A program made the position numbers and the translations under genes. The notes beneath the pieces are model-generated. The model made no database searches, was not told the DNA's origin, and saw only the letters and a program-made list of their open reading frames with translations. Shown here in pieces: positions 39,605-52,346 of a stretch of DNA of 64,000 bases. Origin of the DNA: Squalus acanthias (lineage: Eukaryota); contig CM059431.1 in NCBI GenBank assembly GCA_030390025.1, positions 156,490,001-156,554,000 of the forward strand, in the 5' to 3' direction. Within the stretch, counting starts at the first letter, position 1. The number at the start of each line of letters is the position of its first letter.

Positions 39605-40668
39605 TTCTTCTTCTTCTTAGGCAGTCTCTCGGAAACGAGGATGACTTGCTTCCACGCTAAAAATTTGTTCTCAGGTGACTGATGTGTCCAATGCGGGACT
39701 TACAGTCTCTGTCACTGGTGGGACAGTCGGTGGTTGAAGGCTGGGTGGGAGGGGTGCTTGGGTTGACGTGCGCTCCTTCCGCTGTTTGCGCTTGGCTTCC
39801 ACTTGCTCCCGGCGGAAAGACTCCAGGTACTCGGCGCCTTCCTGGATCCTTCTCCTCCACTTATTACGGTCTTGGGCCAGGGATTCCCAGGTGTCAAAGA
39901 GGATGTTTCACTTTTCAAGGAGGCTTTGAGGGTGTTCTTTAAGCGTTTCCTCTGCCCACCTGGGGCTTTCATGCCGTGTCGGAGCTCCGAGTAGAGCGCT
40001 TGTTTTGGGAGTCTCGTATCGGGCATGCGGACAATGTGACCCATGCATCGGAGATTATCGTGCGTGATCAAAGCTTCGATGATTTGAATGTTAATTTCCG
40101 CTTGCTCCCGGCGGAGAGACTCGAGGTATTCGGCGCCTTCCCAGATGTTTCTCCTCAACTTTCTGCGGTCCAGGGCCAAGGATTCCCAGGTCTCAGTGGG
40201 GATGTTGCACTTTTCAGAGACTCCCCTATTGGTATAAACGAGCGCCGCCTCATGACTCCTCTGCTCACAAGAGCCCGGAATCAGTGCGCTGCGGTCATCA
40301 GTGCGTACGCCCCAACACTGGAAGCCACAGACGAGAGCAAAGAGGAATTATACTTTAGTCTCGAACAAATCCTGTCCCAAGTCCCACCGGGCGACAAGCT
40401 AATCCTCTTTGGCGAATTGAATGCAAGAGTTGGAAAGGACACAGACCTCTGGGGAGGTGTGATCGGCAGTGAGGGGGTAGGGAAAACCAACTCCAACGGT
40501 ACCCTCCTCCTGACGAAATGCTCAGAACATGGCCTTATCAAAGCCAACATCTTGTTCCGTCAGAGAGACAATTACAAGGCTTCATGGCAGCACCCTCGCT
40601 CCAACTCTGGCATCTGCTGGATTAAGTCATCGTCCGAGCGAAAGACCAGAAGGACGTCTGCATCACCC
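39605..40668. mobile_element. Rearranged RTE-clade LINE: minus-strand 3' end with (GAA)n tail and ~120-bp duplication, joined to a plus-strand endonuclease fragment
   Basis: GHIVRMPDTRLPKQALYSEL..GGQRKRLKNTLK on minus; ISAYAPT..KLILFGELNARVG on plus. Confidence 0.88.
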
Positions 40669-42519
40669 AAGTACATGTCATTAATATATATCAAAAGGAG
40701 AAGGGATCGTCATACCGATCTGAGGTGAGAACAACAGAATGCATCCTTCCAGTCTGAAACAACAACCGTTCACTTATAATCTCTGCTTTCCGACCCTCGG
40801 CCATTTTTCTTTCCATGCTGCCACTGTCAATTTAAACTCATGGGATTTGATTTTGCTGCCAAAACTATTAAGTGGTACTTTGCCAATCGTATTTCGAAAG
40901 ACTATACACGCAACACCAACCAGACTGCCCGCAACAACCCTTGCCGTTGCTTCATCAAAGAACTCGATAAAGTTAATCAACAAGATTTACTTTGAACCAT
41001 TCCGTGCTGACTTTCATTTATTAGCCTATACTATTCCAAATTCCAAATAATTTTGTTCAGGATTGTTGTCTATGAAAGTTTCCCCACCACAGACGTTAGG
41101 CTGACTGGCCTGTATTTGCCGTATTTAAGCCTAACCACTTTTTTAAGCAGGGACGTAACATAAGTACATAAGAACATAAGAAATCGGAGCAGGAGTAGGC
41201 TATTCGGTCTCTCGAGCCTGCTCTGGCATTCAATGAGATAATCGCTGATTTGATCTTGGCCTCAACTCCGCGATACTGTAATTTCCCCATAACCTTTGAC
41301 TCCCCTATAGCTCTAATATCTGTCTTTCTCTCCCTTCATTAAATTCACTGACTCAGCCTCCGCAGCTCTCTGGTGTGGAGAATTCCAAAGATTCACGGCC
41401 CTCTGAGAGCAGAAATTCCTCATCATTTCCGTCTTAAATGGGCGACCCCTTATCCTGAAACTATGCCGCCTAGTTCTACATTCTCCCACGAGGGGAAACA
41501 TCCTCCCTGTATCTATCCTGGCAAGACCCATCAGAATCGTATATGCTTCAATAATATCATCTCTGATTCTTCTAAACTCCAAAGAGTAAAGTCCCAAACA
41601 GCTCAACTTTTCCTCATAAGACAACACTTTCATCTAAGGAATCAACCTAGTGAACCTTCTCTGAACTGCCTCCAATGCAAGTATATCCCTCCTCAAATAA
41701 CGAGGCCAAAACTTTACGCAGTACTCCAGGCAGGTGTGGCCTCTAAGCGCCCTGTACAGTTGCAGCAAAACTTCGCTAATTTTATACTCCACCTCCCTTG
41801 CAATAAAGACCAACATTCCAATTGCCTTCCAAATTAATTGCTGTACCTGCATGTAAACTATCTGTGTTTCATTTTCCCACATTATACTCCAGCAGCCAAA
41901 TGTTTGCCCACTCACTTAGCCTATCTATATACCTTTGCAGACACTTTGTTTCCTCCTCATAACTTGCTTCACCACCTATGTTTGTAACGTTAGCAAATCT
42001 GGCTAAAGCACACTCGCTCCCTTCATCCAAGTCATTAATATAGATTGTAAATTGTTAAGGAGCCAGCACTGATCCCTGTGGCAACCCACTAGTTAAAGTT
42101 TGCCAATCAGAAAATGACCCATTTATCCTGACTCTCTGTTTTCTGTTAGTTAGCCAATCCTTATCCTTGCAAATATATTAGCTCCAAAACCATGACCTCT
42201 TATCTTGTGCAGTAACCATTCATGTGGCACATTATCGAATGCCTTTTGGAAATCCAAATACACTACATCTACTGGTTCCCCTTAATCCACCCTGCTCGAT
42301 AAATCCTCAAAGAACTCTAATAAATACGCCAAACACGATTTTCCTTTTATAGAATCATGTTGACTCTGCTTAATTGTATTACGATTTTCTAAATATCCTT
42401 CTACTACTCCCATAATAATGGATTCCAGCATTTTCCGAATGACAGATGATTGGCTAACTGGCCTACAGTTTACTGCTTTCTGTCTCCCTCCTTTCTCTAC
42501 TACGGGCATTACATTTCCG

Positions 42520-42720
42520 ATGTGAGAAGTCGCACAACACCAGGTTATAGTCCAACAGTTTTATTTGAAATCACAAGCTTTCGGAGCATTGCTCCTTCGT
42601 CAGGAGGAGCAGCGCTCCGGAAGCATGTGATTTCAAATAAAACAGTTGGACTATAACCTGTTGTTGTGCGACTTCTCACATTTGTCCACCCCAGACCAAC
42701 ACCGGCATCTCCACATCATG
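42520..42720. mobile_element. Second palindromic hammerhead-bearing Penelope-like mini-element
   Basis: Arms 42520-~42604 and ~42605-42681, ~40-nt tail, 12-bp TSD ATTACATTTCCG at 42508-42519 and 42721-42732. Confidence 0.88.
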
Positions 42721-43406
42721 ATTACATTTCCGGTTTTCCAATCCGCTGGGACCTTCCCAGAAACTAGGGAATTTTGGAAGATTACAACCAACGCATCCAG
42801 TTTCTCTGCAGTCACTTCTTTTCAGACCCAAGGTGCAGGCCATCAGATCCAGGGGACGTGTCAGCCTTCAGTCCCATTAGTTTGCCTAGTACATTTTCTT
42901 TAATGATAGATATTGTTTTAAGTTGCTCACTCCCTTTTCCGCTTGATTATCTGCTATTGTTATTATGCTTTTACCGTCTTCTAAAGTGAAGACAGATACA
43001 ACAATTTTGTTGAAAGTCTCTGCCATTTTCTTTTTTCCGTTATTAATTCCAAAGTCTGTTCCATTAGGATACAACATTTAATTTAACTATACTCTTTCTT
43101 TTTATATACTTGCAGACGCTCTTAATATCTGTTTTTATATTTCTTGCTCGTCTCCTCTCATCATCCATTTTTTCCATCTTTCTTATTTTTTGAGTCATCC
43201 TTTGCTGTTTTCTAATTTTTTCCTAAACTTCCGGCCTACCACTAACCTTCGCAACATTATATGCATTATCTTTCAATTTGATAACATTGTTAACTTCCTT
43301 AGTTAGCCAAGGATGATTCATCCTTTTCGTAGATTCTTTCTTTCTCACTTGAATATAACTTTGTTGAGAGTTTTGAACTATCTCCTGATATGTCTGCCAC
43401 TGCTTA

Positions 43407-46400
43407 AAACATATAAACATAAAAGATAGGAGCAGGAATACGGCACTCGAGCCTGCTCCACCATTCAATGCGATCATGGCAGATCATCCAAATTCAGTAC
43501 CCTGTCCCTGATTTCTCCCCATATCCCTTGATCCCCTTAGCCTTAAGAAATATATCTAACTCCTTCTTGAATATATTTAATGAATTGGACTCAACTGGCT
43601 TCTTTCGTGGAGAATTCCACAGGTTCACCACTCTCTGGGTGATGAAATTCCTCTTCATCTCAGTCCTAAATGGCTTACCCCTTATCTTTAGACTGTGACC
43701 CCTGGTTCTGGACTCCCCCGCCATCGAGAAAATCTTTCCTGCATCTAGTCTGTCTAGTCCTGTTAGAATATTATAAGTTTCAATGAGATCCCCTCTCATT
43801 CTTCTAAACTCTATCGAATACAAGCCCAATCGACCCAATCTCTCTTCATACGTCATTCCTGCCATCCCATGTATCAGTCTGGTGAATCTTCGCAGCACGC
43901 CCTCCATGGCAAGAACATCCTCCCACAGATAAGGCGACCAAAACTACACACAATAATCAAGGTGTGGTCTCACCCAGGTACTGTATAACTGCAGTAAGAC
44001 ATCATTGCTCATGTAATCGAATCCTCTCGCTATGAAGGCCAACATACCATTTGCCTTCTTCACCGCCTGCTGCACCTGCATGCTTACCTTCAGCGACTGG
44101 TGCACAAGGATCCCAGGTCTCGTTGCACTTCCCCTTTTCCCAATCTATTCCCGTTCAGATAATAATCGGCCTTCCTGTTTTTGACACCAAAGTGGATAAT
44201 CTCGCATTTATTCATTTTATACTGCATCTGCCATGCATCTGCTCAATCACGCGACCTGTCCAAATCATGCTGGGGTTTATCTGCATCATCCTTACTGCAC
44301 ACACGTGCACCCAGCTTTGTGTTGTCTGCATAATTGGAGATTTTACATCTAGTTCCCTCGTCTAGATCATTAATATATATTGTGAATAACTGGGGTCCTA
44401 GCACCGACCCCTGCGGTACCTCACCAGTCACTGCCTGCCACTCGGAAAAGACCAGTTTATTCTAACTCTTTGCTTCCTGTCTGCCAACCAGTTTTCTATC
44501 CGAGTCAGTACCTTGCCCCCAATCCCATGTGCTTTAACTTTGCACGCTAATCTCTTATGCGGGACCTTATCGAAAGCCTTCTGAAAGTCAAAATGCACCA
44601 CATTCACTGGTTCTCCCTTATCTATTCTACCAGTTACATGCCCAAAAAATTCCAGTAGATTAGTCAAGCATGATTTACCTTTTGTAAATCTATGTTGACT
44701 TTGTCCGACCCTGTCACTATTTTTCAAGTGCTCTGCAATTACATCTTTTGTAATGGACTCTAGCATTTTTCCCACTACCGATGTCAGGCTTACCGGTCTA
44801 TAATTCCCCATTTTCTCTCTACCACCTTTTTTTAAATTGTGGGGTTACATTAGCTACCCTCCAATTCTTGGGAACTGTTTAAGAGTCTATAGAGTTTTGG
44901 AAGATGACCAGCAATGCATCTACTATTTCTAGTGCCACTTCCTTAAGTACCCTAGGATGTAGATTATCATGATCTGGGGATGTATCGGTCTTCAATGCCT
45001 TCAATTTCCCTAACAGCAATATCCGACACATACTGATTTCATTAAGTTCCTCCCTCTCATTAGACCCTATGTTCCCCGACATCTCTAGGAGGTTATTTGT
45101 GTCCTCCTTTGTGAAGGCAGAAACAAAGTATGTATTTAATTGATCTGCAATTTATTTGTTTCCCATTATAAGTTCCCCTGATTCTGACTACACGGGACCT
45201 ACGCTTGACTTCACCAATCTTTTTCGCTTCACATAACGATAGAGGCTTTTACAGTCAGTTTTTATGTTCACTGCAAGTTTACTCTCATACACTATTTACC
45301 CCCTCTTAATTAATCCCTTTGTCCTCCTTTGCTGAATCCTAAATTGCTCCCAATTCTCAGGTTTGCTGCTTTTTCTGGCCTATTTATATGTCCTCTCCTT
45401 GGATCTTATGCTATCCCTAATTTCCCTTGTTGTCCACGGTTGAGTTACCTTTTTTGTTTTATTTTTATGCCAAACAGTGATGAACACATTCTTAGTTCTT
45501 ACATGCGAACTTTAAATGTTTGCCATTGCCTATCCACCGTCAATCCTTTAAGTAACGTTCCACAATCCATCCTAGCCAACTCACGCCTCGTATCATCGTA
45601 CTTTCCTTTATTTAAATTCAGGAACCTAGTCGCTGAGTCAACTACTTCACTCTCCATCTTAATGAAGAATTCTATCATATTATGATCGCTCCTCCCCAAG
45701 GGGCCTCGCACAACAATATTGCTAATTAATCCTTTCTCATTGCATAATACCCAGTCTAAGATGGCCTGATTTCTAGTTGGTTCCTCGACATATTGTTCCA
45801 GGAAACCATCCCGTATACACTCTAGGAATTCCTCCTTCAGAGTATTGTTATTCATTTGGTTAGACCAATCTATATGTAGAATAAAGTCACACATGATAAC
45901 TGCTGTGTCCTTATTGCACGCCTCTAATAATTTCCCATTTAATGCCATCCCCAACTTCAGCATTGCTGTTTGGCGGTGTGTATACAACTCCCACTAACAT
46001 TTTCTGCCCCATGGTATTTCTCATCTCTACCCATAGCGATCCAAATCAATAGAGCTAATATCCTTCCTTACTATTGTGTTAATCTCCTCTTTAACCAGCA
46101 ATGTTACCCCACCTCGTTTTGCTTTTTGCCTGGCCTTCCTAAATATTGAATTCCCCTGAATGATGAATTCTCAACCTTGGTCACCCTGGAGCCATAACTC
46201 CGTAATTCCAATTATATCATATCTGTTTACTTCTATTTGCGCAGCTAATTCTTCCACCTTATTTTGAATGCTCCTCGAATTAAGACACAGAGCCTTCAGG
46301 GTTGTTGTTTTAACACTCTTAGACCATTTAGAATTTTTGTATACTGTGAGATGTTTGATTTACACCCTTGATTTCTCTGACTTCCACTTTTGCCTTTCTC

Positions 46401-47845
46401 CTTCCTGTCTTTTGCTTCTATGCTTGCTTCCCTTTCCTCTGTCTCCCTGCACAGGTTCCCAAGCCCCTGCCATTTTAGTTTAAACCCTCCCCAACAGCAC
46501 TCTCAAACATTTCCCCTGTGACATCGGTCCCGGTCCTAACCATGTGCAAACCATCCAGTTTGTACTGGTCCCACCTCCCCCAGAAACTTTTCCAATGTCC
46601 CAGGAAATGTAATCCTTCCCCCTTGCACGATTCTTCTAGCCACGTATTCATTTGAAATATCCTTCCATTTCTAATCTGACTCGTACGTGGCATTGGTAGC
46701 AATCCTGAGATTACTACCTTTGAGATCATGTTTTTTAATTTACATCCTAACTCCCTATATTGAGCTTTTACGACCTCATCCCGCGTTGTACCTATATCGT
46801 TGGTAGCTATGTGCACCACGACAACTGGATGTTCACCCTCCCCTTCCAGAATGCCCTGCAGCCGCTCCAAGACCACCTTTACCCTTGCTCCAGGGAGGCA
46901 ACATCCCATCCTGGTGTCTCGTTTTCGATCGCAGAAACGCCTATCTATTCCCCTTACAATAGGATCCCCTATCACTATAGCTCTCCCGCTCTTTTTCCTC
47001 CCCTCCTGTGCAGCAGTACCGCCTATGGTGCCAGGAAGTTGGTTGCTGCTGCCATCACCCGATAAGCCATCCCCCTCAACAATATCCAAAGTGGTATATC
47101 TGTTTGAGAGGGGGATGGACACAGGGGACCCATGCACTACCTGCCTGTGCCTACTACTCTGCCTGGCGGTCACACTTTCCCTTCCTGCCTGTGCAGCCTT
47201 TACCTGCGGTGTGTCCAACTCATTAAAAGTGATATCCACGACGTCCTCGTCATCGCGATTGCTCCAGTATGCATCCATTCGCAGCTCCAGCGCCACAATT
47301 AGTTCTGCCAGCAGCTGCAGCTGGATACAATTCCTGCACACATGGTCGTCAGTGACACAGTAAGTGTCCCTAATTTCCCACATCGCGCAGGAGGAGCGCA
47401 CCAAGGGGCGGTCTGTGCTGCCATGATTTACCCTTTAAATAATTTAAATTAAATTAAATCAAATCAATACCACCAATTACACTACAATTAAATGTTATAC
47501 TCAATGGGCCTTTTTTACTAGCACTCCCCGCTACACAACAGAGACCTTAGAAACTATAACCCCAAAATTAAGATCTTCTGAACTCTATAAACTATTAACC
47601 TTAACTGTCAAACTATAGAGTACTATAATACTCACCTGGCCGTACTCACCCAATCAGCTGCTTCCTCTTGCCCGCGTCACTTTTTGTATCGTGATGTGGC
47701 TCTGGAACGCCGCCGCCGGTCTGAGTGATTGGTAAGCCTCTGAAAAAAAAGCCCGCGAAAGTGAGTTTAAATAATCACTGAACCGCCGCTCTCTGCTCCT
47801 CCCAACACTGGCCTCTGAAAAAAAGCCCGCGAAAGTGAGTTTAAA
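43407..47845 (-). mobile_element. Full-length CR1 LINE nested in another CR1
   Basis: TSD TGCTTA at 43401-43406 and 47846-47851; 5' monomers at 47736-47845; ORF1 and ORF2 remnants; 3' tail. Confidence 0.95.
46475..47404 (-). pseudogene. CR1 ORF1 (zinc finger-like N-terminus + SGNH esterase), 309 open codons but catalytic motifs altered
   Basis: VIGDPIVRG (GDS changed to GDP), IATND, DGLH; the upstream ATG at ~47425 is out of frame. Confidence 0.88.
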
Positions 47846-49831
47846 TGCTTATCTACCATCTTACCTTTAAACCTATTTTCACATCCACTTTAGCCAACTC
47901 TGTCTTCATACCATTGTAATTGCCTTTCTTTAAGTTTAAGACACTAGTTTCAGACCCTCAAACTGAACCTGAAATTCTATCATGTTATAATCACTGTTCC
48001 CTAGAGGATCCTTTACTATGCGATCATTAATTAATCCTGTCTCATTACACATTACCAGATCTAATAAACCTGTTGCCTGATTGGTTCCACAATGAATTGT
48101 TCTAATAAACCATCCCGAACAAACTCTATGAACTCTTCGTTAATGCTACCTTTGACAATTTGATTTGTCCAATCTATATGAAGACAATAATTGCCCATCA
48201 TTATTGCAGTACCTTTCTTACATGCCCCAATTATTGATTGATATATACTCTGTCCTACAGTTTTGCTACTCTTAGGGGACCTATAAACTCATTCCACCAC
48301 TGACTTCTTTCCCGTATTATTTCTTATCTACACCCAAACTGATTATACATCTTAATCTTCGGAGCCAAGATCACTTCTCACTACTGTACTGATCTCATCC
48401 TTTTTAAAATAGCTATCCCACTTCCTTTTCCTTCCTGTCTATCCTTCCAAAATGTCAAATACTTCTGAAATTTCAGTTCCCAGCCTTGGTCACCATGCAA
48501 CCAAATCTCTGTAATGGCTATAAGATCATACCTATTTATTTCCATTGGTGCCGTCAATGCATCTATCTTTTTACAAATGCTCCTTGCATTCAGATAAAGA
48601 GCTTGTAATTCTGACTTTTTAAAAGTTCCCCCCACTCTGATCCTATTTGGTGGTGCACTCCTATGTTTGTACGATCTGTCCCTTACTGTCACACTCTGGT
48701 TATCATCCGCCCTATCGTTACCCTGAACTATTGCCTTGTCCTTTCTCTTAAACATTCTAGATTTCCCCTCAACTGAACCCTGCCCACCACTGTTTACTTT
48801 AAACCCTTATCTACAACCCTAGTTGTTCGATTCCCCGGGACACTGGTCAAGCATGGTTCAAGAGAATTGCATCCAACCGGAACAGCTCCCTCTTTACCCA
48901 GTACTGGTGCCAGTGCCCCATGAATCGAAACCCATTTCGCCCACGCCAATCTTTGAGCCAGGATTTCAAATCTCTGATCGTATTGACCCTATGCCAATTT
49001 GCTCATGGCTCATTTAGTAATCCAGATATTATTACCTTTGTGGTTCTGCTTAATAAGTTAGCCCTTAGCAGCTTATACCCCCTCAGCACAACTTCTGCAG
49101 CCCTCCAGCCATTTGCAGTCCTCCAGCCCTCTGGTACCAGCACATTTTCAAGGAGGATTAGACGATTGTAGCAAGAGCCTCTGCAATTTTTACGATTACT
49201 TCCCTCAGGAACCTTGGATGCATCCCATCTGGACCGGGTGAATTCACTACTTTGAGGACTGCCAAACATTTAAGTACCTCCTCTTTAGTAGTTTTCTTAT
49301 TATCCAATATCAGTAAAGAGAAGAAACAGATTTAATGTAATTGGGAAAAGAACCAGATTAGATTTTTTTTTAGTCATCGAGTTATTATCATAAATACAAT
49401 GCCTGAAATGTTGGTGCAAGCAGATGCTTCAAAGGGAATTGGATAAATAATTGAAGGGGGAAAATTATTGGGCTCTGGGGACAGAGTAGGCGAGTGGGAA
49501 TAATTGGATTGCTCTTTCAAAGTGACGATACAGATACGACGGACCGAATGGCCTCCTTCTGAGCGGTATGCTATTGACCTCCATCTCTTTGTACCTAAGC
49601 GTGTTATAAACGAGAAATATACTTGAATACTGTTTACAGTTGTAGAAATTTAGCATGTGAAATTGCATTTGGAAGTTGTATTCTGTTGAATGTTGCAACA
49701 CCCAGTAAAATAATTTCTGAATGAAAACATAATTTTCTACCTAGTTAATATCGTTGAATGACTATACAAATAAGAGGCGGTTTCGCTACATTAAAACACT
49801 GCAGTTGTGCTCAGTATATTCCGTTCCTTAC

Positions 49832-49912
49832 CTTGTGCTGCGTATCCTGATTCTGGTTCCACAGTTTCCGTCTAAGTTAGCGTTGTTATTTCTGCAGCTA
49901 AATGAACACACC
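49832..49912 (-). other. 81-nt exon candidate (copy 4)
   Basis: CTTTACCCAG acceptor and CAAG|GTAAGG donor intact. Confidence 0.5.
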
Positions 49913-50399
49913 CTGGGTAAAGATCAGTTATACAGCACAGTCATAAGGCCGAACATCAGCCTGATCAGTACAATCCCACCCCACCCTGTGCTCTGGTGCT
50001 GGGATCGATCATAATCACACACGTTCTCATTCAAATTGAAAAGTTCTGAAAAATTGCTGATCTTTTAACTAAAGTCATTCATCCTCTGTCTGGTAACAAT
50101 GAGTACATTTCCCAACAACTCTACCATCTGCGGTTCAGAAGACTCCGCAGTGAAACTTTGATCTGCAGCGGGCATCAGTTTCGTATCCTCACTTATATTG
50201 CATTAGTCACCATTAACCTTCTGTATTATCGGACCAAAGAAGGGCGTGGATGGCATGGGACAAAGATCGCTGACTATAATCTCCGGAAAATAGCCTCTAG
50301 TTAATGAGTAACAGGAATTTCACACCCATGAGTGTCAGATTCTGGGTTTCAGTAACTGGAACTGAATCAGTCAATGTGGGCGGTAAACAAGTGAAAATC

Positions 50400-51652
50400 T
50401 GCCTACTGACTCCCACAGCTACCTGGACTTAACTTCACACCCCGGTTCCTGTAAGAACTCTATTCCATTCTCCCAGTTTCTCTGTCTCTGCCGCAACTGC
50501 TTTGATTATGTCACGTTCTATAATACTGCTTCCGACATGTCTAACTTTTTCTTCAACCGAGGATTGTCTTCTGCATTGTCTTGACACGGCACTTGACCAT
50601 GTCCGTTCTATTTCCCACACTTCTGCTTTCTCTCATTCCCCTTCGTCCCAGAACCACGATAGGGTTCCCCTTCCCCTCACCTTTCATTCCACCAGCCTCA
50701 ACATTCAAAGGATCATCCTTTGCCATTTCCGCCACCTCCAACGTAATTCCACCAACAAACACATCTTCCCCTCCTCCCCTTTCAAATTTCTGAAGGGACC
50801 GCTCTCACCGCGACACCCTAGGCCATTCCTCTATCACCCCCAACACCCTTCGCCCGGCACTTTAGCGTGCAAGCGCAGGAGATGCAACTAAATGCTCTTT
50901 TACCGCCTCCCTTCACACTGTCCAGGGCCCCAAACACTCCTTCCAGGTGAAACAGCGATGTACTTATAATTCTTGCAATTTATTATAATGTATTCGCTGC
51001 TCACGATGCAGTCTCCTCTACATTGGGTACACCAAACGCAGATTGAGTGACCGATTTGAAGAACACCTCCGTTCAGTCCGTAAGGGTGACCCCGAGCTTC
51101 TGGTCGATAGTCACGTTAATTCTCCACTCCAATCCCACTCAGACCCCGCCGTCCTCGGCCTCTTACACTGTTCCAATGAAGCTCAACGTAAGCTCGAGGA
51201 ACAGCACCTCATCTTTCAATTAGGCATTTACAGCCTCTCGACTCAACATCGAGTTTGACAATTTCAGACCTTAACCTCTGCCCCTATCTTTTTTTTTCAT
51301 TTGTTTTTCTCTCTCTCAAATGGCAGCTGTCCTTCATTCAGCCATTGCCATTTACACTTCATCTTTAGCCAATTTTTTTTCTGAATTTGTCCCATTACCA
51401 TCTCATTTTGCCTTGCACCATCATCCCTTTTGTCTCTTAAGCTCTCCTGCCGTCTATTCCATTGCAGACCTTCCCTTTTGTTATTTCCCCCACTCCCCCC
51501 TACCCTGCCCCTACACATGCTTAAAAACCTGTTCCATTTCCAGCTTTTTCCAGTTCTGACGAAGGGTCATCGACCTGAACCGTTAACTCTGTTTCTCTCT
51601 CCACAGATGCTGCCTGACCTGCTGAGTATTTCCAGCATTTTCTGTTTCTTTT
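50400..51652 (+). mobile_element. Degenerate 5'-truncated Penelope-like element (RT thumb, GIY-YIG, pLTR with mutated hammerhead at ~51552-51588)
   Basis: Homologous to 59475-60739; TSD TGAAAATC at 50392-50399 and 51653-51660; hammerhead GAAA changed to GAAC. Confidence 0.9.
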
Positions 51653-52346
51653 TGAAAATCGGTTTCATCGGCCTGTTAACTTTTCGAGGTTGTGATGCAA
51701 TTTAACAATTTCAGTTAAGCTTTCTTCTGCAGTTTGACGGCGGATTATATTAATTATGAAACTCGGAAACTCTGAACATTAAATTAATTTGCTAATCAGT
51801 TTAGAATTTAATATCAATATTAAAAGTTCAGGCTACCTCTTGCAACTGCTCCGTTTCTCAATCCCCTTCCTTATTCTCTATGCTGCCGCTTCCAGACTGT
51901 TCACAGTTCCTGCTGTTCCGTTTCTGAAATCCCTGCCGTTTACCTGCCTGCTGCTCCCACTTGTGCTGTGCCTGGTCTTTAATGTTAGCTTCCCTCCCCC
52001 ACCGGTTTCATTTCTGTATTTTCGCTGTTTCGATTCCCATCAGCTCTATGTCTGATTCTGTCCGAACTTCCCTTCCCCGAGACACTTCCCACCCCACATG
52101 CTCCATGGCTGGATGTTCGCCTGCATCTTTAACCGGCTCTAGCTCTAAAACCATCCTCTAGCTCTAATTCTCTAAACTGACCCTTGATTCCTTCCCCACC
52201 TGCGGCAATCCTAATATAACCATTGCCCTTTCTTTACTCCTGCTCCGTGCCCGATATTCTCACATCCGTTCGTCCTCCAGCTCTATATTTGCCTCTCCCC
52301 CTCCTTTCCTTCCCACCTGCCCCATGTCTGATTAGATTTCCTGCTT

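Larger units (their letters stand above)
41158..49095 (-). mobile_element. CR1 LINE (41158-43406 + 47846-49095), from ORF1 C-terminus to 3' tail, interrupted twice
   Basis: KVIISGLL (ORF1), ALYLNARSI (endonuclease), RT pieces and tail at ~41160. Confidence 0.9.
38680..49310 (-). mobile_element. Old CR1 (38680-39604, 40669-41158, ~49100-49310), outermost host of a nested stack
   Basis: RT remnants (QMKFNAEKLEVLHFG, LINFIEFF); sequence resumes after each insertion. Confidence 0.75.
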
